A stretch of 64,000 bases of DNA from Selaginella moellendorffii (lineage: Eukaryota; Plantae; Lycopodiophyta), in contig NW_003314285.1 of assembly GCF_000143415.4 (NCBI RefSeq), positions 1,561,471-1,625,470 of the forward strand, read 5' to 3'. Made by a program: the position numbers and the translations under genes. Within the stretch, counting starts at the first letter, position 1, and every line of letters starts with the position of its first letter. The notes beneath the pieces are model-generated. The model made no database searches. It had not been told where the DNA came from and saw only the letters and a list, made by a program, of their open reading frames with translations. Positions 12,064-21,428 of the stretch are shown piece by piece.

Positions 12064-13458
12064 TTAAGCCCTCCTAAACCTAAATTGTAGAGAGATCACT
12101 TGCACTACGTTCTGACTGTCTATCTCCAAAACACCACAGAGCTCTTTGCAGGTTCCCAGCATGCGCCTGGCGGCGTTATGTGCAGCGGAGCCGCTAACGT
12201 TGTACGCCATCGCGTTGCAGAATGTGAGTTCGACATCTTGGATAACCTCTGGAATCTCTCCATACAAACCACTGGCTTTCTTTGCACAGTACCAAGGTCC
12301 ATAGGCTTTTGGATGTGCTCGGAGTAGTCGCGGGGTCTGAACTGGCTTGGCGAACAAATATGAGTCTTCGTCCTCCCAGAGCTTGTCTAGCATTGCGCGG
12401 CAGGAATCCCATGAGAAACTTGGGTCGAGGACAGTTATACATGGCTCCGCTCCCCACTTTTCTGGAATCGATATTGACAAACTCACAAGCCTTAACGCTG
12501 CTACTGCTGCGGCCTCAGCGTTCCAACCAATCCTGCAAATGTTCTCGTCCGCGGGTATATATGCCACCCACTTTTCAATCTCGGACGTGGCCTCCTCTAC
12601 ACTGGAGCGCTTCATTGTGGTGACGAGATATGCGATAGTGGTGAGGAGTCAAGGACTCGGCCGTTCGTTGAGGCCCCTGGAAGAAACACCCGCTGTCCAA
12701 GGCATCCAGTCATCTATATTGCTGCTCACGTACCTCCTTAACCCAGCTCTAAGGAACAGATGACTTCCTTCCAGCGCAGTCTTGTCGAAAAATACTGCCA
12801 AACGAGCCTCGGCACAGAGCCAGTCACATCCTTGTCCGTGTCAGTCAAAGATTTGTGTTTTAGATATGATGAAAGCTCGCAATCCTGGATTCATGGCCAA
12901 AGCTCAATGTCCAATACAAAACATTCCGTGAATCCGCCGAGACATAGCATATACTGTAGCATCTTATCGCTCACCAACTCTTTTACCAGCCTGCTCTTCA
13001 CTGATGCACAGAGCACAACAAGGCAGGATTGGGCTAACGTAGTTGTCAGCTCCCAAGCAGCGTCCCTTTTCTCCTTTGGACTCTTGCTTGCTTGTGAGGA
13101 TGGATCGTGGGTTTTTTTTTTTCGTTCTTTCTTGGATCCATCGCATTTCCATCGTCAATAAGGATGTAAACCGTTTTGTATGGGTGACACAAGAAATCCT
13201 ATATCCGTGAGCGTCGGATTGCGCAGAAGATCCATAATGGCTGGATCTTCATCCTTCACCAGGTCGTAGTATGAGACGACTATGGCTTCCACCAACGCCT
13301 GACAAGGATCGACGACATCCGAGTCTCCTTTGCCGCTTCGTCTCTCCTGCCTCCGTTGACTGCAGCTTTGCTTCCATTTTTGCGCACTCGCTCATGATGA
13401 GCTCCCTAACTCGTCCAGCGCATGCGACGAGATCATCCTCTAGCCTGGGCCGCTTCAT
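12064..13458 (-). pseudogene. Degraded bromodomain-containing gene
   Basis: Bromodomain pieces CRAMLDKLWEDEDSYLFAKPV / DYSEHIQKPMDLGTVQRK (other frame) / DVELTFCNAMAYN. Upstream minus-strand ORF fragments are broken by stops. The 5' extent is uncertain. Confidence 0.6.
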
Positions 13459-13479
13459 CGCGATTACCCATCGGGTATG

Positions 13480-15042
13480 TTACTTGTAAATATTTGATAA
13501 CGAAACACATGAGTTGGAATCCAGATCCAACCATTCTGCTGATGCTCTGAACAATTGTTTCTGAATCCTGCATGCATTCAATAAAGCACGGAGTGTTTCA
13601 GGCTGTGGAAAAAATGGCATTGTATCAATAAGTTCTTGTGCTTCTGTAACAAGCCCCACCCGGCCGTAAATATCAACCATGGAAGAATAGTGTTCCACGT
13701 GAGGTGTCACTTGATGTTCTCCGCTTAGCAGCACAAAAAGTTTAGTCCCATTCTTGAGCAGACCTCCATGGCTGCAAGCTGCTAATACACTTGAAAATGT
13801 GAATGAGTCTGGAAAGACTCCTATCAAAATCATCTCATAAAACAGGATGATAGCATCATTCCCATATCCAGCCTTTGCAAAACCGTTGATCATCGAGTTA
13901 TAAGTATCAACATTTGCTCTTGGAAGCAGCGCAAACATGGATCTTGCCTTCTGTATATACCCATTTTGGGCATATGCCGCCACCATTGTGTTCCATGACA
14001 GGGTCGTGCGTACAGGCATTGTGTCTAAAACGTTCATAGCTTTCGCAAAATGCATATGCTGTGCGTAAGATGCCATGAGCGCATGCAGTGTTTCCATGTT
14101 ATTCCCGGGCATAGAAAAGAATACCCTTTCCGCATCCAAAATATACCCATTCTCGGCATATCCCACAAGCATGGCATTGTACGCTACCATGTCGTGCTCG
14201 GGCATGGAATCAAACACAAGCTTTGCTTCCTCCACACAACCTCTCCTAGAATACACCATGATCATTGTTGTAAATGAGACCACATCCCACTCGGGCAACT
14301 TGTAAAACAAGATGGCTGCGCTCTTCGTCTTCCCAGCAAGCCCAAAAGCACGCAGTAATCCATTCATTGACACCATATTTCTCTGCGGCATGGCGTCGTA
14401 CGCGAGCATGGCATCTTTCGTACGTCCGACCTCGGCATAAGCGGAAATCATCGTGTTCCATGTCACGACATTTGGTTCTGGTATTCTCAAGAACAAACTC
14501 TCGGCTTTCTCCAAATGCCCCGATTGGGCATATGCTGCAGTAAGAGTAGACCACGATACAATGTCTCTCTGTGGCATGGCGTCGAAAACTTCCCTTGCAG
14601 CCTCGACATACCCAGCTTGAGCAAGCGCTTGAATGATCCCATTCCACGACCCGACATCCTTTCTCGGAGTTTGATCGAAGGTCTCTTTTGCTCGATCGAG
14701 GTTCCCGTTTTGAGCATATGCCGCGGCCATGGAATTGTAGGACACCGCGTTTGGATTTGGCATTCGATCGAAGGTGTTCTTGGCTTCCTGGAGATGCCCG
14801 TTCTGGGAGTAGACTCCAAGCATGATGTTCCACGAGAAATCATTGGGATAAGCGATGGAGTCGAAGACTTCCTGGGCATTTTTCACGCTTCCACACCTTC
14901 CATACATGAGGACGAGGAGATTTGAGAGGTATAGATGAGAGCTTAGCGATGGGATTTCCTGTATACGAGCGTGGATTTGCCTGCCCAGATGGAGATCATT
15001 GCAAGAGTGGAGAAGATGGGCAAAGTAAGTGACGTCGCCCAT
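13480..15042 (-). CDS. PLS/SS-type PPR protein with short E domain
   Basis: ORF of 31-aa PPR repeats followed by HYSSMVDIYGRVG...ALLNACR. First in-frame ATG is 15042 (the track starts at GTG 15060). Confidence 0.92.
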   Translation of the reverse strand: MGDVTYFAHLLHSCNDLHLGRQIHARIQEIPSLSSHLYLSNLLVLMYGRCGSVKNAQEVFDSIAYPNDFSWNIMLGVYSQNGHLQEAKNTFDRMPNPNAVSYNSMAAAYAQNGNLDRAKETFDQTPRKDVGSWNGIIQALAQAGYVEAAREVFDAMPQRDIVSWSTLTAAYAQSGHLEKAESLFLRIPEPNVVTWNTMISAYAEVGRTKDAMLAYDAMPQRNMVSMNGLLRAFGLAGKTKSAAILFYKLPEWDVVSFTTMIMVYSRRGCVEEAKLVFDSMPEHDMVAYNAMLVGYAENGYILDAERVFFSMPGNNMETLHALMASYAQHMHFAKAMNVLDTMPVRTTLSWNTMVAAYAQNGYIQKARSMFALLPRANVDTYNSMINGFAKAGYGNDAIILFYEMILIGVFPDSFTFSSVLAACSHGGLLKNGTKLFVLLSGEHQVTPHVEHYSSMVDIYGRVGLVTEAQELIDTMPFFPQPETLRALLNACRIQKQLFRASAEWLDLDSNSCVSLSNIYK

Positions 15043-15079
15043 TCCATGACCATGGATCACTGAGCATTCTTCCTACGTA

Positions 15080-16945
15080 ATGGAGCTCAAGCTACCATCG
15101 TCTCCCATCCAATCTCCTCGGAAGTCGCTCTACTCCGACGACGAGATTCGCGAGCAAAACCATTACGCGGCGCTGCTGCGATCGTGCACGGATGCCACCA
15201 ATCTCTCGCAGGGGCGGCGGATCCACGCGCAGATCTCGCAAACCTCTCACGCAGCCACCAACACTTTTCTTGCCAATCTCCTCGTTCTCATGTATGGACG
15301 CTGCGGCAGCCTGGTGGAAGCCCAGCAAGTCTTTGATTCCATCCACACTCCCAACAGTTTCTCGTGGAACATCATCCTTGGAATCTATGCCAGCAGCGGA
15401 ACTTTGCTGCAAACCAAGACCATCTTCGATCACATCCCCCGACCGGACGTGGTGGCGTACAACACCATGGTTGTGGCATATGCCCAGAATGGGCATCTGG
15501 AGAGCTCCAAGTTGCTGTTCGATCGAACGCCTCAGAAGAACACTGCTTCGTGGAACGGAATCATGAACGCGTACGTGCAAGCGGGGAAATTGGATCTGGC
15601 AAGAAAGGTCTTTAATATCATTCCTTGCAAGGATGTCGTCTCGTGGTCTAGTATGGTTTCGGCTTATGCCCAGGTTGGGCATATTGAAGAGGCCGATGCT
15701 TTGTTTGCAAGCATGCCGAATCCCAATGTGGTGACTTACAACACAATGATCATGGCGTATTCGCAGAATGGTCGCTTGGATCGAGCAAAGAAAACATTCG
15801 ACGAGATGCCGGAGAGGGATCTTATCACTTGGAACGCAATGGTTTCAGCTTATGCTCAAAACGGACGTCCAGACAATGCCAAGCTTGTGTTTGACAAGAT
15901 GCCACATAGGAATCTAGTGTCGATGAACGGGCTCATGAGCGCTTTCGGGCTGAATGGGGAGACGAGCAAAGCCATCGACTTCTTCGACTCCATGGAACAA
16001 AAGGATCTTATTTCGTGGAGCTCCGCTCTTGCAGCCTACTCTCAAGATGGAAACTTAGACGGCGCTCGGAAACTCTTTGACAAGATGCCCGAGTGGAATG
16101 TGGTTTCATTCACAACAATGATCACAGCATATTCCGGGAAAGGTCGTGTGGAGGAGGCGAAGCTCGTCTTTGATTCCATGCCCGAGCACGACTTGATAGC
16201 ATATAATGCTCTCTTGGTGGGATATGCCCAGAACGGGTATCTCTCAGATGCCGAAGGGATATTCTTCTCCATGCCTGCAAAGAACTTGGAGACTTTGCAC
16301 GCGATCATGGCAGCCTACGCGCAACACATGCACCTCTCCGAGGCGAAGACTGTGCTCAACACGATGCCTGTGCGGACAACTTTGTCCTGGAACACTCTGA
16401 TTGCAGCGTATGCCTTGAATGGGCATATGCAGGAGGCTAGATCCCTGTTTGAAATTCTTCCGAAAGCTGATGTTGGTACGTGGAATTCCATGATCTCTGG
16501 CTTTGCGAAGGCTGGGCACGGCAAGAGCGCGATTGATTTGTTTCTGGTGATGGCGGTGGAGGGTTTTGTTCCGGACGAGATCACATTTTCGAGCGTCTTG
16601 GCGGCCTGCAGCCACGGAGGCCTGCTCAAGAGTGGGACGAAATACTTCGTGCTTGTGAGCGTGGAGCATCAAGTGAGGCCCCTGGTGGGGCACTACTCGG
16701 CCATGGTTGACATTTACAGCCGCGTGGGACTGCTCAAACAAGCCGAGGAGCTGATCGAAACCATGCCATTTTTTCCACAGCCGGAAACTCGCCGAGCCTT
16801 GCTCGCGGCTTGCAAGATCCAGCAACAAACTCTTGCTCTTGCGGAGAAATCTGGCCACCATTCAAAGTGGCTGCCGGATCTTACAGACTCCACCTCGTAT
16901 GTTTTGCTCTCGAATATCTACAAATCCAATCTCGAGGCTGGATAA
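15080..16945 (+). CDS. PLS/SS-type PPR protein with E domain; paralog of 13480-15042
   Basis: 621-aa PPR repeat ORF ending HYSAMVDIYSRVG...SYVLLSNIYK. Confidence 0.93.
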   Translation: MELKLPSSPIQSPRKSLYSDDEIREQNHYAALLRSCTDATNLSQGRRIHAQISQTSHAATNTFLANLLVLMYGRCGSLVEAQQVFDSIHTPNSFSWNIILGIYASSGTLLQTKTIFDHIPRPDVVAYNTMVVAYAQNGHLESSKLLFDRTPQKNTASWNGIMNAYVQAGKLDLARKVFNIIPCKDVVSWSSMVSAYAQVGHIEEADALFASMPNPNVVTYNTMIMAYSQNGRLDRAKKTFDEMPERDLITWNAMVSAYAQNGRPDNAKLVFDKMPHRNLVSMNGLMSAFGLNGETSKAIDFFDSMEQKDLISWSSALAAYSQDGNLDGARKLFDKMPEWNVVSFTTMITAYSGKGRVEEAKLVFDSMPEHDLIAYNALLVGYAQNGYLSDAEGIFFSMPAKNLETLHAIMAAYAQHMHLSEAKTVLNTMPVRTTLSWNTLIAAYALNGHMQEARSLFEILPKADVGTWNSMISGFAKAGHGKSAIDLFLVMAVEGFVPDEITFSSVLAACSHGGLLKSGTKYFVLVSVEHQVRPLVGHYSAMVDIYSRVGLLKQAEELIETMPFFPQPETRRALLAACKIQQQTLALAEKSGHHSKWLPDLTDSTSYVLLSNIYKSNLEAG

Positions 16946-16965
16946 AAAAGTCGAAAAACTTAAAA
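16944..16965 (-). terminator. Pol III oligo-T terminator of tRNA-Asp
   Basis: T4, T5 and T6 runs immediately 3' of the tRNA on the minus strand. Confidence 0.65.
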
Positions 16966-16971
16966 GAAGAT

Positions 16972-17043
16972 CGCCGTTGCCGGGGATCGAACCCGGGTCG
17001 TCCGCGTGACAGGCGGAAATACTTACCACTATACTACAACGAC
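16972..17043 (-). tRNA. tRNA-Asp(GUC): tRNA-Asp (GUC)
   Basis: Reverse complement GTCGTTGTAGTATAGTGGTAAGTATTTCCGCCTGTCACGCGGACGACCCGGGTTCGATCCCCGGCAACGGCG folds as a cloverleaf with anticodon GTC and a TTCGA T-loop. Confidence 0.96.
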
Positions 17044-17281
17044 TTCTTAACGTCCACCTCCTCAAACTTGCCTTAGATAAACTTGTCAAAAATTATTCTA
17101 TTTTGCACGTTATTTGACTTTTAGTTTGGCAAGAACGAATCGTCCAAGTGATGAAGTTTAAAACTTTGCTGTTTAGTTAATAGATTTTACACGAACTGTT
17201 CTTCCGCGAATGGAACTTTGGACGTAAACTAAACGATCTATGAAGAAAGAGAAGTTGAAAATGGTGGTGGCCACGCCTGGG

Positions 17282-18007
17282 CTAGCGCATGGGAAAGAGC
17301 GGCAGGAGCTCCAATTTGCTGCTGGGCCGCGGCGATTCCAGCTGCAAAAACATCCGATTCATGGCCGCCGGGAGCTCGCGCTGATGCCGCGAGGAGCTGG
17401 AGGAAGAAGAGGCACTGCTACTGGGAGAGGGATTTAGCGCCAGAGAGAGCGGCGATTTGGGACTGAGGAGATCGGTCATGGCATTCTTGAGGAAGAGATT
17501 CTTCGTGGAAGGAAGAGCCTTGATCACCATATGCTTGGGCGGATCCTGGAGCTGGCCCTGCTGGAAGAATTTCATGGCGGCTTGCGAGCGCTTGGAGGAG
17601 AGGTTTGGGCGGCCCTGGCCCGAGGCCTTGGTGATGGGCATCTTGATCGAATCATCGCTCGCGCCAGTCAGCCGCTGGACGAGATCCCGGAAGCTGGAGG
17701 CATCGGCCTGGACGAAAGTGGTGGCGGTGCAATGGAAATCACTCGACGCCACTGCAGTGGGCGTGGAATTCTCGACTCCCCTGTTCTTGCCGGACGAGGA
17801 AGAAGGAGAATTCGCCTTCCTCGACCTCTTGCTGGTGGTGTGATCGTCAATCGCGATCGCCTGCTTGGAATTCCCCCTCTTCTTCCTCCTCACCTTACTC
17901 TCCTCGTGATCGTTGCTGGTGCTGCTGCCCATCTCCCACGACGAGCTCCCGCGGTCGTCTAGCTCCAAACTCTCGCGCGAATTGGGAGTGGGTGTTTGTC
18001 TCTCCAT
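17282..18007 (-). CDS. VQ-motif protein, intronless
   Basis: TTFVQADASSFRDLVQRLTG matches FxxxVQxLTG. The protein is Ser/Pro-rich with C-terminal LELLPLFP. The first ATG in the ORF is 18007 (MERQTP). Confidence 0.88.
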   Translation of the reverse strand: MERQTPTPNSRESLELDDRGSSSWEMGSSTSNDHEESKVRRKKRGNSKQAIAIDDHTTSKRSRKANSPSSSSGKNRGVENSTPTAVASSDFHCTATTFVQADASSFRDLVQRLTGASDDSIKMPITKASGQGRPNLSSKRSQAAMKFFQQGQLQDPPKHMVIKALPSTKNLFLKNAMTDLLSPKSPLSLALNPSPSSSASSSSSSSRHQRELPAAMNRMFLQLESPRPSSKLELLPLFPMR

Positions 18008-19647
18008 TCTCTCTCGATTAGAACTTCGGTAGAAGAATTGAGCGCTGGAAGAATATATAGGGACCAAGCAAACAAGAAAATGGAGTGGAACGAAGCAGCG
18101 AAGGAGAGCCTCTTTTTTTTTTTTTCGCAACCCCTTTTACTAAGTCGCGAGGAGAGTCAGTCATGTTTAAGCGCTTCCATCTATTCACCAATGACTTCAA
18201 CACCACACGACAAATCGACAAAAAATGCGCGTTTCTTCCTCTTTTATTTATTTATTTATATTTGAAATTATTATATCTTCGTGAATTTGTCTCTCAAGTC
18301 GCCAGTCAGTCGTCTCGTCCACCATTCGCAAAGTTTCAACGCGCGGACCACAAGTTCTTTGCTTCTTTCTCCTCGTTTAATGGCAGCTTCCTTCCCTTTT
18401 CAACGACGAAGAGGACCGTGTCGTGTTGTCCCACCGCCGCTCGCCACGAAGCAAATCCAACTGGAACTGGGAAACCACGCCGCCATTAGAAAATTCTCTC
18501 CGCGCAAGCAACACCACTGGCGTTTTGCCGGACGCGTTTTCTTCGTTGTTCATAAACCCCCTGGCCCCTGAAAACGAAACGTGGTTGACCCTTGGATCCA
18601 TTCCAAAGGCAAGCTGAAGCAGCGCTTTTATCTACAGTCGCGGGACTGTATACCTGTTGTAGTCTTTGAATTGAGCTCTCCGCTCACGAAACTTCTGGGG
18701 CGAGGTTCCTGGAGACGACTCTGGCAGCGGTTCTACGTGAAACAGTGGAGTGTCGGCAGCCTACGTTCTTCCTGGAATTCCGGAACATAAAATCAGACTT
18801 GATGGTGGGAGAATGAACGAACATACCCCACTTTTCTCGCGTCTCGCGTCCAATCCAATCTATCTCCACCAACGAAGCTGCGCCGCGAGAATAGTATACG
18901 CGTTGAATACCGAAAAGAAGTATCGATCGTGACGAAGATACCGTCGAGCGGGTGGGACTTTGTGGCTCGTTGACAATGGCGGTGCTAACGCATTTGCATG
19001 CGCAACTTAGCTGGAGCGGACTTGAGGATATGCACGAAGCGGCAGAAAGTAAAACAACAGCGGATTAAACAAATCAGAGTGTGCCTACCAGAAGCGGATG
19101 TAGCCAAGACCAGGAAAAAAGGGGAAAATAATCAAAGCACGCCGACTCTGAAAGCTGTTGCGGGAAGAAGAAGAACAACAAAATGTTAGACAAACTCAAA
19201 CTTTACATACAAAAGAACAAACGAGCCTTTAGAGATGAAGAACAGCTCTGTTCCTTCGTGCGTTGTTTCGGGGCCAAAGAAAAGTTTTTTTTTTCTCTGC
19301 GCAGCAAGTTGTCTGCATATAGAAAAGAAATCAAGAACAACAGAAAAAGTCTCGACCAATTAAAGTACGAACCTTTTAAGCACGAAGAGGATGCGGAAAA
19401 AACTCCAGTTGCAAGACTTTCAAGTCCCTGTAAATAAAAATGGAAGCTTTCAGGAGACAATGAAAAAAACAAGAAGTTTTCACCTGGAGAGCTTGGCCTT
19501 GCCGTGATGTAATGTAAATGTAATCCCGTGCAACTCAAACGCATTCCGGAGGAAAATAAAAAAACATCTCTTCGTTGGCCGTGCCGTGCAACTCCAACGC
19601 CTTTCCGGAGGAAAAACAAAAACGTCTGGCTTGACGAGTCTCAGCAA

Positions 19648-21411
19648 CTAGTTCGAAGCTACGAAGAGACTTGCCATCAAATCGTAGGCTGCTGTTGGTG
19701 CTCCTGAAGATGTTCTCTCCAGCCTCGTCAATTTCTCAAACGCCACCTTTCCCACCGCAACGTTCCCCCACTTTCGGCAGGCATCCAGTAGCATCGTCCA
19801 TGCCACAGAGTTCCCCTCCCAGGAGCGAGGCATCGCTTCCACCATAGCTTCCACTCCACCAGCACGTCCCAACAAGTCTGCCATGCAACTGTAATGTTGA
19901 ATCCCTGGCTCAATACCACCCCTTGCTACAGCCGCCTCCAAACACTGCTTCCCTTCGTCAACCAGGCCCGAGCGACTACACGCGGCTAGAACGCAGAGGA
20001 GAGCCACCGCATTTGGCCGACAAGAATCGTCCTGCATGGCCTGGAGAAACTCAAACACGAGGCGAGCGTCGCCATGGAGGCTGTAGCCAGCGAGCAGTGA
20101 TGTCCAAGTCACCGAATCTCTCGTTGGAACCGCATCAAAGACGAGCTGAGCATCGACTGTGCTGCCGCATTTGCCATAAACGTCGACCAGGCAGTTTCCC
20201 AGAAGCAAATCTCTCTCAAGCATTCCGGATCTTAAGATCCCAGCGTGGAGTCTCTTCACCGCTTCCAGGCAGCCACAGCCTGCTTTGAGCGCAGCAACGT
20301 AAGTTCGGCAGTTTGGAGTAAGTCCATGGTCGACCATCTGATAGAAAAGCTCCAGAGCTACGCCTGCTTCGCCATTCTCTACGAGTCCCATCTCAAGTGA
20401 AGTCCAAGGCACCACTAGATCGATGGCAGAGTTTCTGCCCCCGCCGCGGCCGCAAACTATTTCATTGAAAACTCGCCGAGAGTCTTCCATGCTTCCACAC
20501 TTGGCATACATGTCCACCATCGTGCCTGCCAGCAGAGCTTCCGAAGAGCAGCCGGACAAGCACGCTTGCGAGTGGAAGGCCATGCCTTTCTCTAAAGCCT
20601 TCACCTTGACAAGCTTACCGTTGTCTTGGAGCGGACCATCTTCTCTCTCGGCCAAGCCAATGCAAGCCTTGCAAACAGCCACGAAACTGAGATGGTTGAA
20701 ACTTCCAAAACCTTGGCCGTCTTCAATCCATCGGGTGATCGCCTCTAGAGCCTGCTCGAGCTCTCCATTCTCTACGTGCCCGAGAACCAAGGAGTTCCAG
20801 GACACCACGTCGCGCTCCTTCATGCTGTCGAAAACTCTGGCTGCATCCACCATGCTCCCACACTTGGCATAAAAGTTGACGAGCGAGTTTGCTACGAAAG
20901 TGTTGCTCAGCTCATCACCCAGCACTCTAGAGTGAATCGCCATTCCTTTCTCCAAAGAATCCGCCTTCACGAATTTTTCCCCGACCTGGACACCTCGTTC
21001 TTTCGCTGCCAGGCTCGAGCAGGCCTTGAGAAGAGCTACCAGAGTCCATGAATTCGGCGAGAAGCCATCGCGGATCATCTTGGAGAAGAGATCCAAGGCA
21101 AGAAACCCCTCCCCATTCTCAGCATAGCAAAGAATCATGGCTGTCCAGACCACTACATCCCTGTCCCTGTCCTGGATTCGATCGAAAACCCGTCGAGCCT
21201 CCATCGCGCTGCCGCATTTTCCATACATGTTGATCAAGCTACTCGCCACACGAGGATTGGAATCGTACCCTGTGTGGATCGCATCGGCGTGGATCCTCCT
21301 CCCTCTCTCCAAATCCCTGGCGCCGGTGCAAGATTTCAATGCCGCCACACTTGCCTTGATCGAGAATAGCTGCCGAGCGATGGCGCCATCGCCAAATCTC
21401 CTCGCCTCCAT
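19648..21411 (-). CDS. PLS-class PPR protein with E domain and elongated L-type motifs
   Basis: 587-aa ORF with repeated SLINMYGKCGS / VVWTAMILCY triplets, ending HYSCMADLLGRAG...WTMLLDACRKWG...AYDLMAS. Confidence 0.92.
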   Translation of the reverse strand: MEARRFGDGAIARQLFSIKASVAALKSCTGARDLERGRRIHADAIHTGYDSNPRVASSLINMYGKCGSAMEARRVFDRIQDRDRDVVVWTAMILCYAENGEGFLALDLFSKMIRDGFSPNSWTLVALLKACSSLAAKERGVQVGEKFVKADSLEKGMAIHSRVLGDELSNTFVANSLVNFYAKCGSMVDAARVFDSMKERDVVSWNSLVLGHVENGELEQALEAITRWIEDGQGFGSFNHLSFVAVCKACIGLAEREDGPLQDNGKLVKVKALEKGMAFHSQACLSGCSSEALLAGTMVDMYAKCGSMEDSRRVFNEIVCGRGGGRNSAIDLVVPWTSLEMGLVENGEAGVALELFYQMVDHGLTPNCRTYVAALKAGCGCLEAVKRLHAGILRSGMLERDLLLGNCLVDVYGKCGSTVDAQLVFDAVPTRDSVTWTSLLAGYSLHGDARLVFEFLQAMQDDSCRPNAVALLCVLAACSRSGLVDEGKQCLEAAVARGGIEPGIQHYSCMADLLGRAGGVEAMVEAMPRSWEGNSVAWTMLLDACRKWGNVAVGKVAFEKLTRLERTSSGAPTAAYDLMASLFVASN

Positions 21412-21428
21412 CGCTCATGTCTAGAACC

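Noticed and set aside
18998-19619. Short Lys-rich ORFs between the VQ and PPR genes
   Set aside because: Low-complexity purine-rich intergenic or UTR sequence with no recognisable motif.
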